Shown: positions 1 to 10,100, numbered from the stretch's first letter. The stretch: 64,000 nt of DNA from Deltaproteobacteria bacterium (GCA_040218735.1 JAVJQW010000046.1:256001-320000), one strand, 5' to 3'. The notes: a model not told the origin generated them from the letters alone. A program made the numbers and translations.

Positions 1-109
1 TGCTCCGGTTGAAGCTGTTCGCGTTGATGCCCGCGATGGCCACCAGCGCCAGCGCCAGGATCGACAACGAAACCATCACCTCGAGGAGCGTGAAGCCACG
101 AGTCTTCAT
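1..109 (-). CDS. gspI: Type II secretion minor pseudopilin GspI, N-terminal part only (runs off the window)
   Basis: Manual translation MKTRGFTLLEVMVSLSILALALVAIAG has a prepilin G|FTLLE motif; ATG overlaps the gspH stop (ATGA); follows gspG-gspH. Confidence 0.75.
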   Translation of the reverse strand, partial: MKTRGFTLLEVMVSLSILALALVAIAGINANSFNRS

Positions 110-834
110 TCGTCGCCCTCCTCACGTCCGTCGTACTCTTGGATGGACGGATCTTCGAGCTGCTTGTCGTAGGTCCGCACCCGCCCGGTCAGCGGAAACA
201 CCTTCAGCGTTACGTACTCGGTACCGTCGGAGAGCTCGATCTGCGCCGGCTCGGTCCACCCACCGCGGAAGAAGTGGATGTACGCGACGCCGCTGGTGAA
301 CGACTCCTCCTGGTGACCCGTCCACACCTTCGAGAACCGGACGTCACCGGGGAGCGGCCGCGGTTTACCGCCCGCCTCGTCGGGCACGAAGGACGCCGCT
401 TTGCCGCCCTCCATGACCCGCTTCACCTCGGCGTCGTCGTCGTCGTTCGAGAAGAAGCTGTCGAGCTCCTCGAGCTGCTCCTCGCCGTCGCCCTCCAGGC
501 TCCGCTTGTCCCCCTCTTCACCGCGCATGCGCTCCTGCGCGAGGGCGTACGGATCCTCGGTGAACTCGATCCACCAGACCTGTCGGTCGAGGTCGAGCCC
601 CAGACGCTGCGTACGCTTCTCCATGATCGCGCGGTCGTAGTTGAACTTGATCGCGCCCGCGAGTGAGAGCGCGGATGACTTCAGGTTGGCGTCCGTCAGC
701 GCGTTGATGCTGATGACACCCACCGAGACGGCGAGCGCCGCGATCGCCAGCGCGATGGTGATCTCGATGAGCGTGAGCCCACGCTGCCGAGATCGGCGCA
801 CGAACCCCCTTCGCTGCATCGAGGTCACCATCAC
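106..834 (-). CDS. gspH: Type II secretion minor pseudopilin GspH
   Basis: QRG|LTLIE prepilin motif plus hydrophobic helix; lies directly after gspG. Confidence 0.75.
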   Translation of the reverse strand: MMVTSMQRRGFVRRSRQRGLTLIEITIALAIAALAVSVGVISINALTDANLKSSALSLAGAIKFNYDRAIMEKRTQRLGLDLDRQVWWIEFTEDPYALAQERMRGEEGDKRSLEGDGEEQLEELDSFFSNDDDDAEVKRVMEGGKAASFVPDEAGGKPRPLPGDVRFSKVWTGHQEESFTSGVAYIHFFRGGWTEPAQIELSDGTEYVTLKVFPLTGRVRTYDKQLEDPSIQEYDGREEGDE

Positions 835-835
835 G

Positions 836-1276
836 TCACCAGTTCTTCAGGTCGTCTTCCGTCTCGGCGACGCCGTCCGGTCCCTTCGACTGAAGGTCGA
901 ACTTGGACTGGTTGTGCGTACCGGGGGACACGAAGATGTACTCCTGATCCCACGGGTCCTTCGGCACCGTCTCCATCAGCGGCTTCTTCCCGCCCGGCGG
1001 CTTCACGAGCGCCTGCAGGCCCTCGGCCGTGTTCGGGTAGCGGTTGAACTTGATCTTGTAGAGCTCCAGGGCCTCGGAGATGTTCTTCATCTGCACGTTG
1101 CCCGTGTCGATCTTGGCGTCCTCCAACTGATTCGCGACCGTGATGCCCACGATGCCCGCGATCAGACCGAGGATCGTCACGACGACGAGGATCTCGATCA
1201 GCGTCAAACCACGCTGTCCCCTGCGAGGGCGCCGACGACGCCGAAGCTGCTTCTTCTGGTTCATGACTTCACTCAT
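836..1276 (-). CDS. gspG: Type II secretion major pseudopilin GspG
   Basis: QRG|LTLIEILVV, YPNTAEGLQALV, PKDPWD, SKGPDG motifs. Confidence 0.92.
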   Translation of the reverse strand: MSEVMNQKKQLRRRRRPRRGQRGLTLIEILVVVTILGLIAGIVGITVANQLEDAKIDTGNVQMKNISEALELYKIKFNRYPNTAEGLQALVKPPGGKKPLMETVPKDPWDQEYIFVSPGTHNQSKFDLQSKGPDGVAETEDDLKNW

Positions 1277-1283
1277 CTGAATT

Positions 1284-2525
1284 TCACCGTACGTGCTGCG
1301 AGAGCTGGAGAATGGGCATGAGGATGGAGAACACGATGAACGCCACCGCCACGCCCATGCCGACGATCATGATGGGTTCGATCAACGTCGTGAGTTTCTC
1401 CACGCGCTGATCCACTTGGAAATCGTAGTTGTCCGCGACGTGCTCGAGCATCTGCTCGAGCTGTCCCGACTTTTCGCCCGTCGCGATCATGTGCACGACG
1501 ATCGGCGGGAACTCACCGGACTTCTTGAGCGGCGCCGCGATCGACTCACCTTCGCGGATCGCCTCGCGCGCCTCCGCAACGACGTCCGCGAGGCGGACGT
1601 TGTCGAGGACGTCCTTCGTGATGTCGAGCGCGTTCAGCACAGGGACGCCGGAGCGCAGCAGCGTCGCGAGCGTTCGGGCGAAGCGGGCGATGGCGACCAG
1701 ACGGACGACCGGGCCGAAGATCGGCGCCTTCAACGTGAAGCGGTCCCACTTCGGGCGCCCCTTCTTCGACACCTTCCAGCGGAAGAACATGTACACGGCC
1801 AGCCCCATCATCGGGAACAGGATGAACCAGTACCCCTTGATCATGTCGGCCATGAAGATGAGGAATTTCGTCTGGAGCGGGAGCTCCGCCTTCACCTGCT
1901 CGAAGATCTTCGTGATGCGCGGGATGACGACCACGAACAGGATGATCATGATGACACCGCCGACGCCGAGCATGATCACCGGGTAGAGCATCGCGCTCAG
2001 GATCTTCGACTTCAGTCGGGCTTGTGCCTCGGTGAAGTCGGCGAGCCGCACGAGCACGCTGTCGAGCGCGCCCGACGCCTCACCGGCGCGCACCATGCTC
2101 ACGTAGAGGTTGTCGAACGTCCCGGTGTGTTGGCCCATCGCGTCGGCGAGCGACGAACCTTCGTTCACCGCCGTCTTGATGCTGCCGAAGATGCGCTTCA
2201 GCTTCTCACCTTCGACCTGGTCGACGATCGCGGACAGCGCATCGATCAACGTGATGCCCGAGGCGAGCAGCGTCGCGAGCTGCCGGGTGACGAGCGCGAT
2301 GTCCGCGACGGTGACCCGCTCGAAGTACTTCGCGATGTCGATCTCGGTCGCGTTGGAACCCGCGCCGCCGTCGCTCTTGCGCTTGCGATCCTCTTCGCGG
2401 TGCTCCGTGATGCGGATGCCCTGCTTCTTCAGCAGCGAGCGGAGCGTGCGCGGTGAGTCCGCGTCGAGCAGGCCTTTGACCTCGCGGCCGCCTTCGTTGA
2501 GGCCCTTGTAGGCGTAGACCGGCAT
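1284..2525 (-). CDS. gspF: Type II secretion inner-membrane platform protein GspF
   Basis: MPVYAYKG start, TRQLATLL, AGEASGALD, GEKSGQLE, LIEP motifs of the GspF/PilC family; operon context. Confidence 0.93.
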   Translation of the reverse strand: MPVYAYKGLNEGGREVKGLLDADSPRTLRSLLKKQGIRITEHREEDRKRKSDGGAGSNATEIDIAKYFERVTVADIALVTRQLATLLASGITLIDALSAIVDQVEGEKLKRIFGSIKTAVNEGSSLADAMGQHTGTFDNLYVSMVRAGEASGALDSVLVRLADFTEAQARLKSKILSAMLYPVIMLGVGGVIMIILFVVVIPRITKIFEQVKAELPLQTKFLIFMADMIKGYWFILFPMMGLAVYMFFRWKVSKKGRPKWDRFTLKAPIFGPVVRLVAIARFARTLATLLRSGVPVLNALDITKDVLDNVRLADVVAEAREAIREGESIAAPLKKSGEFPPIVVHMIATGEKSGQLEQMLEHVADNYDFQVDQRVEKLTTLIEPIMIVGMGVAVAFIVFSILMPILQLSQHVR

Positions 2526-3055
2526 CAGTTCTTCCTCACCCGAGCCATGACGTCGTCGTCCGTGTCCGGCTCACCGTCCGGCCCGTACGACCAGACGAGT
2601 CGGTGACCGTCGCGCTCGATCAAACGGATGGGACGCCCGTACGCATCCCGGCGTTTCTTCGCGCCGTCGATTCCTGCCTGCAGCACGAGGTGCTGGTTGA
2701 GGATGGTCTTGTCGCAGACCTCCGTGACGTCGTCGTCCGTTCCCACGCGGCCGTCGCGCCCCGGCGAGAGCAGGCACCCCGCGGAGTCGGTCGGACCGGG
2801 GCGAAGCCAAACGAACGCCTGACCCCACGGGTCACGGCGAACGCGATCGAGGATCCCGACCTCGCGGTCCGCGAGTCGCTCGAGCCGCTCCGGCCACTGC
2901 CCGTAGCGCGCGCGGTACAGGAACAGCGACTGCCGCAGCGCGCGTAGCTCCGCGCTCGCCAGGTCCTTGCGCGACGGCGAGGCCTCCGGCTTCGCGAAGA
3001 ACGCGGCACCGAGCAGCACGCTGGCGCAGACGAACAGGGCGAGCGCACGTTTCAT
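2525..3055 (-). CDS. GspG-like protein with two copies of the pseudopilin C-terminal motif and no prepilin motif
   Basis: DPWG...SPGRDGRVGTDDDV and DAYG...SYGPDGEPDTDDDV; hydrophobic N-terminus; overlaps gspE stop and gspF start. Confidence 0.65.
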   Translation of the reverse strand: MKRALALFVCASVLLGAAFFAKPEASPSRKDLASAELRALRQSLFLYRARYGQWPERLERLADREVGILDRVRRDPWGQAFVWLRPGPTDSAGCLLSPGRDGRVGTDDDVTEVCDKTILNQHLVLQAGIDGAKKRRDAYGRPIRLIERDGHRLVWSYGPDGEPDTDDDVMARVRKN

Positions 3056-4836
3056 TCGACGACGACCTCCTCGTCCTTCGCGACACGGAGGACCTCTTCG
3101 GGCGTGGTGTTGCCCTGGAGCACCTTGCGCACGCCGTCCATGAGGAGCGTGCGCATGCCGTGTTCGACCGCCTGCTTCTTGATCGTGCCGGCGTCGACGT
3201 TCTTGAGGATCAGGCGCCGGATGTCGTCGTCGATCATCAGCAACTCATAAATACCGCTTCGACCGCGGTAGCCGGTCTCGAGGCAGTTGCTGCAACCCAC
3301 TTCGCTGTAGAACTGCCGACCGGGCTCGGGCTTCAGGCGCAGCTCCCGCTGTTGATCGGCGCTCGGCTCGTAGGCTGCGCGACAGTCCTTGCATAGGTTT
3401 CGCACGAGACGCTGGGCGAGGACGCCGATCAGCGTCGACGACACGAGGAACGGCTCGACACCCATGTCCACGATACGGGTGACGGCGCCGGGGGCGTCGT
3501 TGGTGTGAACGGTGGAGAGCACGAGGTGACCGGTGAGCGACGCCTGAATGGCGATCTCCGCGGTCTCACGGTCACGAATCTCACCGACCATGATGACGTC
3601 GGGGTCCTGACGAAGGAACGCGCGCAACCCATTCGCGAACGTGAGGTCGATCTTCGACTGCACCTGCATCTGGCCGATGCCGCCGAGCTGATACTCGACC
3701 GGATCCTCCGCGGTGAGGATGTTGATGTCGGGTGAGTTGATGCGCGACAGCGCCGCGTACAGCGTCGTCGTCTTACCGGAGCCCGTCGGACCGGACACCA
3801 GGATGATCCCGTGCGGTCGCGTGATGAGGTTTTCGAAGGACTGCCGGTTCTCCGGCGTGAAACCCAGATCCTCGAGCGAGAGGATGACGTTCGAACGATC
3901 GAGGATACGCATCACGACGCGCTCGCCGTGTGCGGTCGGAATCGTCGAGACACGGACGTCGATGTCCTTGCCCGCGATCTTGCGGCGGATACGACCGTCC
4001 TGCGGGAGCCGCTTCTCGGCGATGTTGAGCCCCGCCATGATCTTCACGCGCGCGATGATCGGCGACTGCGCGTGTTTGGGGGCCTCGACCTTCTTGTACA
4101 GGATGCCGTCGACGCGGTTACGCACCGCGACGCCGCGCTCGAAACACTCCACGTGAATATCCGACGCGCGGCTCTTCACCGCGTCACGGAGGAGGGCGTT
4201 CACGAAGCGAATGATCGGGGCGTCGTCGCCGCTCGACTCGTCGAGGAGGTCGAGCGCGTCTTCCGCGTCGTCGATCTCTTCCTCGTCGCTCTGGAGGTGC
4301 TGGACCGCCTCGTGCGCGAGGCCCGTCGCGCGGTCGTACACGCGGTTGATCGCTTCGCGGATGATCTCGTCGAGCGCGATGACCGGCGACAGCCGCGTGC
4401 CGAGCAGCAGCGCGAGGTCGTCGAGCGCCTCCGTGTCGACCGGGTCCTCGAGCGCCGCCACCACCGAATCACCGAGCTGGGTAATCGGGAGCACGCCGTG
4501 TTGTTTGGCGAAGGAGATCGGGACCTTCTGAACGAGCTCGTCCGGGATCTGATCGATGTCGATCTTCTCCATGAACGGCATCTCGAGCTGAATGGAGAGC
4601 GCCTTCGCGATCTGCTCGCGCGTGAGGCGCTTCATCTCCAGGAGGATCGCGCCGATGCGCCGCTCGTCACCCTTGTGTTGCGCGTCGAGCGCCGCGCCGA
4701 CGTCGTCGGCCTCGGCCATCTCGAGCTCCACCACGATCTCACCGAACGGCCGCCCCGCGAGCTGCTCGTGGGTCGCGACGTTCGCGTGGACGACGGCCGC
4801 CTCTTCCGGCGTCAGCTCTCCAGGAAGGTGAACCAT
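3052..4836 (-). CDS. gspE: Type II secretion ATPase GspE
   Basis: GPTGSGKTTT Walker A, EDPVE, LRQDPDVIMVGEIRD, TGHLVLSTVH, CxxC...CxxC. Confidence 0.95.
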   Translation of the reverse strand: MVHLPGELTPEEAAVVHANVATHEQLAGRPFGEIVVELEMAEADDVGAALDAQHKGDERRIGAILLEMKRLTREQIAKALSIQLEMPFMEKIDIDQIPDELVQKVPISFAKQHGVLPITQLGDSVVAALEDPVDTEALDDLALLLGTRLSPVIALDEIIREAINRVYDRATGLAHEAVQHLQSDEEEIDDAEDALDLLDESSGDDAPIIRFVNALLRDAVKSRASDIHVECFERGVAVRNRVDGILYKKVEAPKHAQSPIIARVKIMAGLNIAEKRLPQDGRIRRKIAGKDIDVRVSTIPTAHGERVVMRILDRSNVILSLEDLGFTPENRQSFENLITRPHGIILVSGPTGSGKTTTLYAALSRINSPDINILTAEDPVEYQLGGIGQMQVQSKIDLTFANGLRAFLRQDPDVIMVGEIRDRETAEIAIQASLTGHLVLSTVHTNDAPGAVTRIVDMGVEPFLVSSTLIGVLAQRLVRNLCKDCRAAYEPSADQQRELRLKPEPGRQFYSEVGCSNCLETGYRGRSGIYELLMIDDDIRRLILKNVDAGTIKKQAVEHGMRTLLMDGVRKVLQGNTTPEEVLRVAKDEEVVVE

Positions 4837-7458
4837 CTACTCGATCTCCGGCGTGACCTCGGACGGCTCGCCCGCGGGCATTCCGTCGTCGGTCATCGGG
4901 ACGACGTCGCCGTCCTTCGACACCTCGGGGCGGATGACGGTCTCACCCGGTGCACCGGGCCCCTCGTTCTCCGCCTTCGACAGCTCCTTCTGCATGCGGA
5001 ACTTGTACCCACCGAGCGGGCCGACCTTGCGGTTCCAGTCGATCGCCGCGCGGTACTCCGGCGTCGCGCCGTAGAACCGATCCACGAAGTCCTTCCGCTC
5101 TTCCATCTTGCGCTCGAAGATCGTGCGGAAGTCATCCGGGCCGCGGATGATGTACGGCGTAAGGATGAGGAGGAGGTTCACCTTCTCGGTGACCTTCGCC
5201 TGACGCTTGAAGAGCCAGCCGATCAGCGGAAGGTCACCGAGCAGCGGCGTCTTCGACTCGTCGATCGACTCACGGTCACGAACCAACCCACCGATGACGA
5301 CGCTGTCCTGGCTCCGCACCACGACGACGGTCTTCGCCGAGCGCTTCGACGTAATCGTCTGGCCCGTGACCTGGTCGATACCGGCGACGTCCGACAGCTC
5401 CTGGTCGATCTCCAACCGGACGTAGTCTTCGTCGTTGATCTGCGGCTTGAGCTTCAGCGTCAGACCGATGTCCTCGCGGTTGAACGACAGTGAGCCGAGA
5501 CCCAACCCACCGAGGCCACCGAGCGCGCCGCCGAGCTGACCGGCCGCGCCGCCCGCTTGGTTCGCGAGACCGCCGAGGCCACCGAGGCCGCCGAGGGTGA
5601 GGCCGGACGGGAAGGGCCGCTTCTCGTTGACCTGAATCTCGGCCTCTTCGTTGTCCATCGTGAGGAGGTGCGGCGTCGAGACGACGTTGACGTCGTTGGT
5701 GCTCTGGAGCGCCTGCACCACCACACCGATGGCCGGGATGCCGCCCGAGACGATCGTGTCGGTGCCGGGGAGCGTCGGCCCGGAGACGGCGCCGGCGAGG
5801 CCGAGGAGGCTCGCGAGGCCCAGCGGGTTCGCCGCGGCGAGCAGCGACGACAGCTCGTTGTTCGGCGTGTTCGCGAAGACGATCGGGGTCTGCTCGTCGC
5901 CGATGGTCGGCGCGATGCCCGCGTGCCAACCCACACCGAGGCGGCGGTCGCGTTTGATCGAGACCTCGAGGATGACGGCCTCCACGAAGACCTGGAAACG
6001 CGGCACGTCGAGTTTTTCGATGACACGTTTGATCGACGCGACGTCACTCTTCGAAGCCGTGATGACGAGTGAGTTGGTCGCTTTGTCGGCGGTGATCTTC
6101 ACCTCGCCCTGGAACAACGCAGCCGCCCCCGCGGCCGGCGCCTTCGCGGCGGTGGTGGCGCGTGCGGTACGGCGCGTCGTCGTCGTCGTCGGCTTGCCCT
6201 GCGCGAGCGACGCGAGCGTGGACGACAGCTCCTCCGCGTCCGCGTGTTTGAGGCGGAGCACGTGAATCTGACCGTCGCCGTTCGTGCCCTCCGGAATATC
6301 GAGCTCCCGCATCAGCGAGATGATCTGTTTGAACGCCCGCTCCGACGCGATGATAATGAGTTTGTTCGTGCGGTCGTCGGCGAGGATCTTCGAGACCGCG
6401 ACGGCCCCTTCCTCACCCTCGTCCGCGTTGGCGGCGGCCGCCGGGGTCTTCTTCGAAGTCACCTTCAGACGTGTGTTGATCGCCTTGGGCGCCGCGGCCT
6501 TGCCGCCCGACGCCGGCTCGAAGACCTGCGTGAGCTTCTCCGCGATCTCCGTCGCCGTCGCGTACTCCACCGGGACGACGTGCACCTGCTCGAGCGCGCC
6601 CGGCTGGTCGATCTCTTCGAGGATTCGCTTCAGTCGATCGATCGACGTCGCGAAGTCCGTCGCGATGATGACGCCCGTGGCCTGAAAGGGGTGAATCTGG
6701 CCCTTGTTGGTCTTGAAGATGTTCAGGTAGTTGACGACGTTGCCCGGATCGCCGCCGTGTTTCAGGCGCCAGATCACCGTGACCATGGCGTCGTCGACGG
6801 GCATGTTCGGGTCGTCGTCGTACATGGGTACGGGGGACCGCGTGCCGTCCGTCGCTTGGATGATCTTGTAGTACTTACCGACCCGCACCAGCGTGAGATC
6901 GTTGGCCTCGAGCGAGGACAGGAACGCGCGCCAGATATCCGTCGCGGTCACCGGAGTCGGTGCGACGATCTCGAACTTCTGACTACGAACCTTGTTCGTG
7001 ATGATGAAGTTCTTGCACATCTTCTTCGCGATCGTGTCGACGAGCTGCTTGATGTCGCCTTCGAAGTCGAAGGTGAACCGCTCGTTGGACCGCGGCGGCT
7101 TGCACTTGCCGTTCGTCGTCCGCTTCAGGTCTGCGAACGCCGTCGCCGTCGCGCCCGACGCGCCACCGCGCGGCGGCGGGGGAGGGGGCGGCGGGACCTC
7201 GTTCTTGAGCGTGGGCTTCGGGAAGCCCTTGCGCGGCAAGACCTTCGGGCGCGCCTTCGCGGACAGCGACGGCACCTTTCCGGGGATCTTGAGCGCGCGT
7301 TGGTCGAGGAACGGCGTCGTCTTCTTGACGGGCAGATCACCGCCCTGGGCCTTCGCGGCGGAGGGGGCGGCGAAGAACACCGCACTGGCGACGAAACACG
7401 CCAGTGTCTGGACGGGGGCTCGGGGGCAGGACGTTTTCATGATGCGTGCGTCGTTCAT
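4837..7458 (-). CDS. gspD: Type II secretion secretin GspD
   Basis: Repeated N-domains (DDRTNKLII, DKATNSLVI), QVFVEAVILEV, PLLGDLPLIGWLFK, LLILTPYII. Confidence 0.93.
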   Translation of the reverse strand: MNDARIMKTSCPRAPVQTLACFVASAVFFAAPSAAKAQGGDLPVKKTTPFLDQRALKIPGKVPSLSAKARPKVLPRKGFPKPTLKNEVPPPPPPPPRGGASGATATAFADLKRTTNGKCKPPRSNERFTFDFEGDIKQLVDTIAKKMCKNFIITNKVRSQKFEIVAPTPVTATDIWRAFLSSLEANDLTLVRVGKYYKIIQATDGTRSPVPMYDDDPNMPVDDAMVTVIWRLKHGGDPGNVVNYLNIFKTNKGQIHPFQATGVIIATDFATSIDRLKRILEEIDQPGALEQVHVVPVEYATATEIAEKLTQVFEPASGGKAAAPKAINTRLKVTSKKTPAAAANADEGEEGAVAVSKILADDRTNKLIIIASERAFKQIISLMRELDIPEGTNGDGQIHVLRLKHADAEELSSTLASLAQGKPTTTTTRRTARATTAAKAPAAGAAALFQGEVKITADKATNSLVITASKSDVASIKRVIEKLDVPRFQVFVEAVILEVSIKRDRRLGVGWHAGIAPTIGDEQTPIVFANTPNNELSSLLAAANPLGLASLLGLAGAVSGPTLPGTDTIVSGGIPAIGVVVQALQSTNDVNVVSTPHLLTMDNEEAEIQVNEKRPFPSGLTLGGLGGLGGLANQAGGAAGQLGGALGGLGGLGLGSLSFNREDIGLTLKLKPQINDEDYVRLEIDQELSDVAGIDQVTGQTITSKRSAKTVVVVRSQDSVVIGGLVRDRESIDESKTPLLGDLPLIGWLFKRQAKVTEKVNLLLILTPYIIRGPDDFRTIFERKMEERKDFVDRFYGATPEYRAAIDWNRKVGPLGGYKFRMQKELSKAENEGPGAPGETVIRPEVSKDGDVVPMTDDGMPAGEPSEVTPEIE

Positions 7459-8405
7459 CGGATGCTGTAGCTGAGGGACTTGGACTTACCGCGGCGAACC
7501 AGGTCGACCGTGATCGTGGAAGCGTCTTTGAGCTTCGAGTAGATCTCCAGAGCCTTGTCCGGAGAGTTCATCTCGTAGCCGTTGATCTTCTGCACGATGT
7601 CGCCGTTCTGGATGCCGATCTTCGAATAGAGGCTGTTGGGGCGGATCGAGAAGAGCTTGAAGCCGTTGGCCTTACCGTTGTGAAAGCTCGGCACGATGCG
7701 CGCCTGGGTCGCGACCTTGTTCAGGTTCGACAGCACGTTGTCGATCTCTTCTTTGGGAATCTCGTACTCACTGTCCGAGACCTTCTTCACGCCCTTGCCG
7801 AGGCCCTCGTCGTCGCTCTTGTTGTTCGACGCGACGGCCGGCTTCGGCGTAGCGCGACGCGACACCTTCTTCGGCTCGTCCTCCATCGAGAACTCTTGGC
7901 ACTGGCCGTCCTTGTTCACGAGCACGGTGCGCCACTCGATCGCGTGGACGGTCGCTTCGTCGAGGAGGCGGTCGCCGATGCGAACCTCGACGGTCACGTT
8001 CTTCGACGTGTCCTGGAACATCGCGACGGAGTTCTCGGGGACACTCGAGACGACGGTCGCGAGGAGGTTGGCGCCCATCGACGCCACGACGCAGTTGTCC
8101 TCGTCGATCTCGCCGGCCTCGCCGGCCTTCTTGGGGTCGGTCTCTTCCGGCGGCGGGGGCGTCAGGTCTTCGCGCTCCGCCTTGAAGACGTTGCGCTCCA
8201 GGAACGCCGTCAGATCGATCGACGCCTTCTCCTCGACCTTCCGCACCGCCGGGGTCGCCGACGCGGCCGAGGCGATCTTGTCCGGCGGGACCTGTAGGGA
8301 TCGCCCGACGAAGGCGTTGACCGTCTTCGCCAGGAGCAGGGCGGCGAGGAAAATCGCGACCAGATGGAAGGTCCAGAAGTAGTTCTTGAAGTAGCCGTCC
8401 AGCAA
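7455..8405 (-). CDS. gspC: Type II secretion protein GspC (PDZ-containing)
   Basis: N-terminal TM helix, C-terminal PDZ (GFKLFSIRPNSLYSKIGIQNGD); first gene of the gsp operon. Confidence 0.88.
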   Translation of the reverse strand: MLDGYFKNYFWTFHLVAIFLAALLLAKTVNAFVGRSLQVPPDKIASAASATPAVRKVEEKASIDLTAFLERNVFKAEREDLTPPPPEETDPKKAGEAGEIDEDNCVVASMGANLLATVVSSVPENSVAMFQDTSKNVTVEVRIGDRLLDEATVHAIEWRTVLVNKDGQCQEFSMEDEPKKVSRRATPKPAVASNNKSDDEGLGKGVKKVSDSEYEIPKEEIDNVLSNLNKVATQARIVPSFHNGKANGFKLFSIRPNSLYSKIGIQNGDIVQKINGYEMNSPDKALEIYSKLKDASTITVDLVRRGKSKSLSYSIR

Positions 8406-8432
8406 AGGTCTCGCTCCGACACCCTCGCCAGA

Positions 8433-8447
8433 GCAGACGGCGTGCCA
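8433..8447 (-). promoter_or_regulatory. Sigma-54 (-24/-12) promoter of the gsp operon
   Basis: Minus strand TGGCACG-CCGT-CTGC has exact GG-N10-GC spacing, about 28 nt upstream of gspC, with a GGAG RBS in between. Confidence 0.7.
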
Positions 8448-8554
8448 CGCTCAGAACCCGCTGATGATCCCGCGTTTTTCACGGCCCGTGCCCGCCGCGC
8501 TGACAGGTTGGCAGCGTCGCGCGGACCGCGTGACAAAATGACAATCGGGCGCGC

Positions 8555-9475
8555 TCAGGCGCAGGCGGCGGCGAGCGAGTAGGCCCCGGGGTCGAGGTCC
8601 ACCGGGTCGATCCAGACGGGGGCTTCCACGAGCACGGGGCCGCACAGGATACGGTCGAGGTGCAGGGCGAGCGCGGCCGCCGACGCCGGGCGATCCCGCG
8701 GATCCGTCGCCAGACACCGCCCGACGATCGACGACAGCTCGACCATCGCATCGCGCTCGGAACGCGCCGAATCGCTGAGGACCATCGCGAGCTCCGCCGG
8801 CGGGTGCGTGCAGATCGCGAGCGCCGTCTGGACGGGATCCGCCATCGGCGGCCACGGCGACGTTCGCGCGAAGAGGTCGAACGCGAGGACGCCGAGCTGG
8901 AAGAGATCGCCGGGCGCGCCGTCACCTTCCTGAAGCAGACGCTCCGGCGGCGTGCAGCGCGGCGTGCCGTGGAAGACATCGGGCGGGTCCACGTCGCCGT
9001 CGAGCTTGGCGATGCCGAAGTCGACGAGGAACACGAGACCGTCGTCGTCGACGAGGACGTTGTCGCGCTTGATGTCGCGGTGCACGACGCCCAGCTCGTG
9101 GAGGTCGTGAACGATCCGCGCGAGATCGCGGAACACCGTGAGGCGCGCCTGCACGTCGAGGTCGCCGTCCTGACATCGCTGCGTCAGCGACTTGCCCTCC
9201 ACGAGCTCCATGGCCATCCACACGTGCGGTCCGAGCCGACCGTACGCGTGCACCTTCGGGACGTTCGGATGATCGATGCGGCTCGCGAGCCACGCCTCGT
9301 GCAGACAGAGGCGAACACCGTGTTCGTCGAGGTCCGGGTTCGACACCTTGAGCGCGCAACGCTCACCGGTGTCCTCGTCGATGACCTCGTAGACGCGGCC
9401 CATTCCGCCACGGCCGAGACGCCGCACCAGACGGAAAGCAGGCGGGAGGGGCAGGGACGCGGAAGCGCTCATCAC
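8555..9475 (-). CDS. Eukaryotic-like Ser/Thr protein kinase (kinase domain only)
   Basis: GRGGMG, ALK, HRDIKRDN, DFGIAK motifs. Confidence 0.9.
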   Translation of the reverse strand: MMSASASLPLPPAFRLVRRLGRGGMGRVYEVIDEDTGERCALKVSNPDLDEHGVRLCLHEAWLASRIDHPNVPKVHAYGRLGPHVWMAMELVEGKSLTQRCQDGDLDVQARLTVFRDLARIVHDLHELGVVHRDIKRDNVLVDDDGLVFLVDFGIAKLDGDVDPPDVFHGTPRCTPPERLLQEGDGAPGDLFQLGVLAFDLFARTSPWPPMADPVQTALAICTHPPAELAMVLSDSARSERDAMVELSSIVGRCLATDPRDRPASAAALALHLDRILCGPVLVEAPVWIDPVDLDPGAYSLAAACA

Positions 9476-9488
9476 GCGGCGGTGTCAG

Positions 9489-9504
9489 TGCACCGACCGC
9501 GCCA
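9489..9504 (-). promoter_or_regulatory. Possible sigma-54 promoter of the kinase gene
   Basis: Minus strand TGGCGCG-GTCG-GTGCA, GG-N10-GC spacing. Confidence 0.4.
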
Positions 9505-9594
9505 CTTCGAAACCGCCGCGCGGACGCGATCGCGCCGTGCCCACGTGACCCACTCACCCGCGCGACCGGGGCATTTTGGTCGTCGTCCGGCGCC

Positions 9595-10100
9595 TCAGCC
9601 CCCGGGCGTGCGCAGGCGCTGCGTGCACTTCGGACAAACGCCGTGGATCGTCCGGACGGGGCGGTCGTCGGAGAGGAGCTTCCTCGCCGTCACGGCGTCC
9701 ACGATGTCGACCCACTGCGGCCCGACGCCGTAGTGGTTACACACGCTGCACCGCGCCACGAGGTTCTGTCCGCGGCTCGCCGCGACCACCGGGAGGGGCT
9801 CGTCGCGCGGGATCTCGTCGAGGAGGATGCTCTCGAGCGTCAGCCCGCCGTCCGCGCGATCGATCGTCATGCGCATGAAACGACGGTGCGTGAACGAATC
9901 ACAACGGTACTCGAACACCACCGACTCGCCGTCGCGCGCGCGTAGGAAGAGCGCGCGGTAGATGTCACGCAGGGCCCCGCTGCGAATGTGATCCCACAGC
10001 GACGTGCCGATGACTTCCTTACCGACGAGGCTCCAGTCGCCGCCGGTGGAGCGGATGACCTCGTCTTCGTCGATCGTGTACGCGATGGTTCCGTCGTCGC

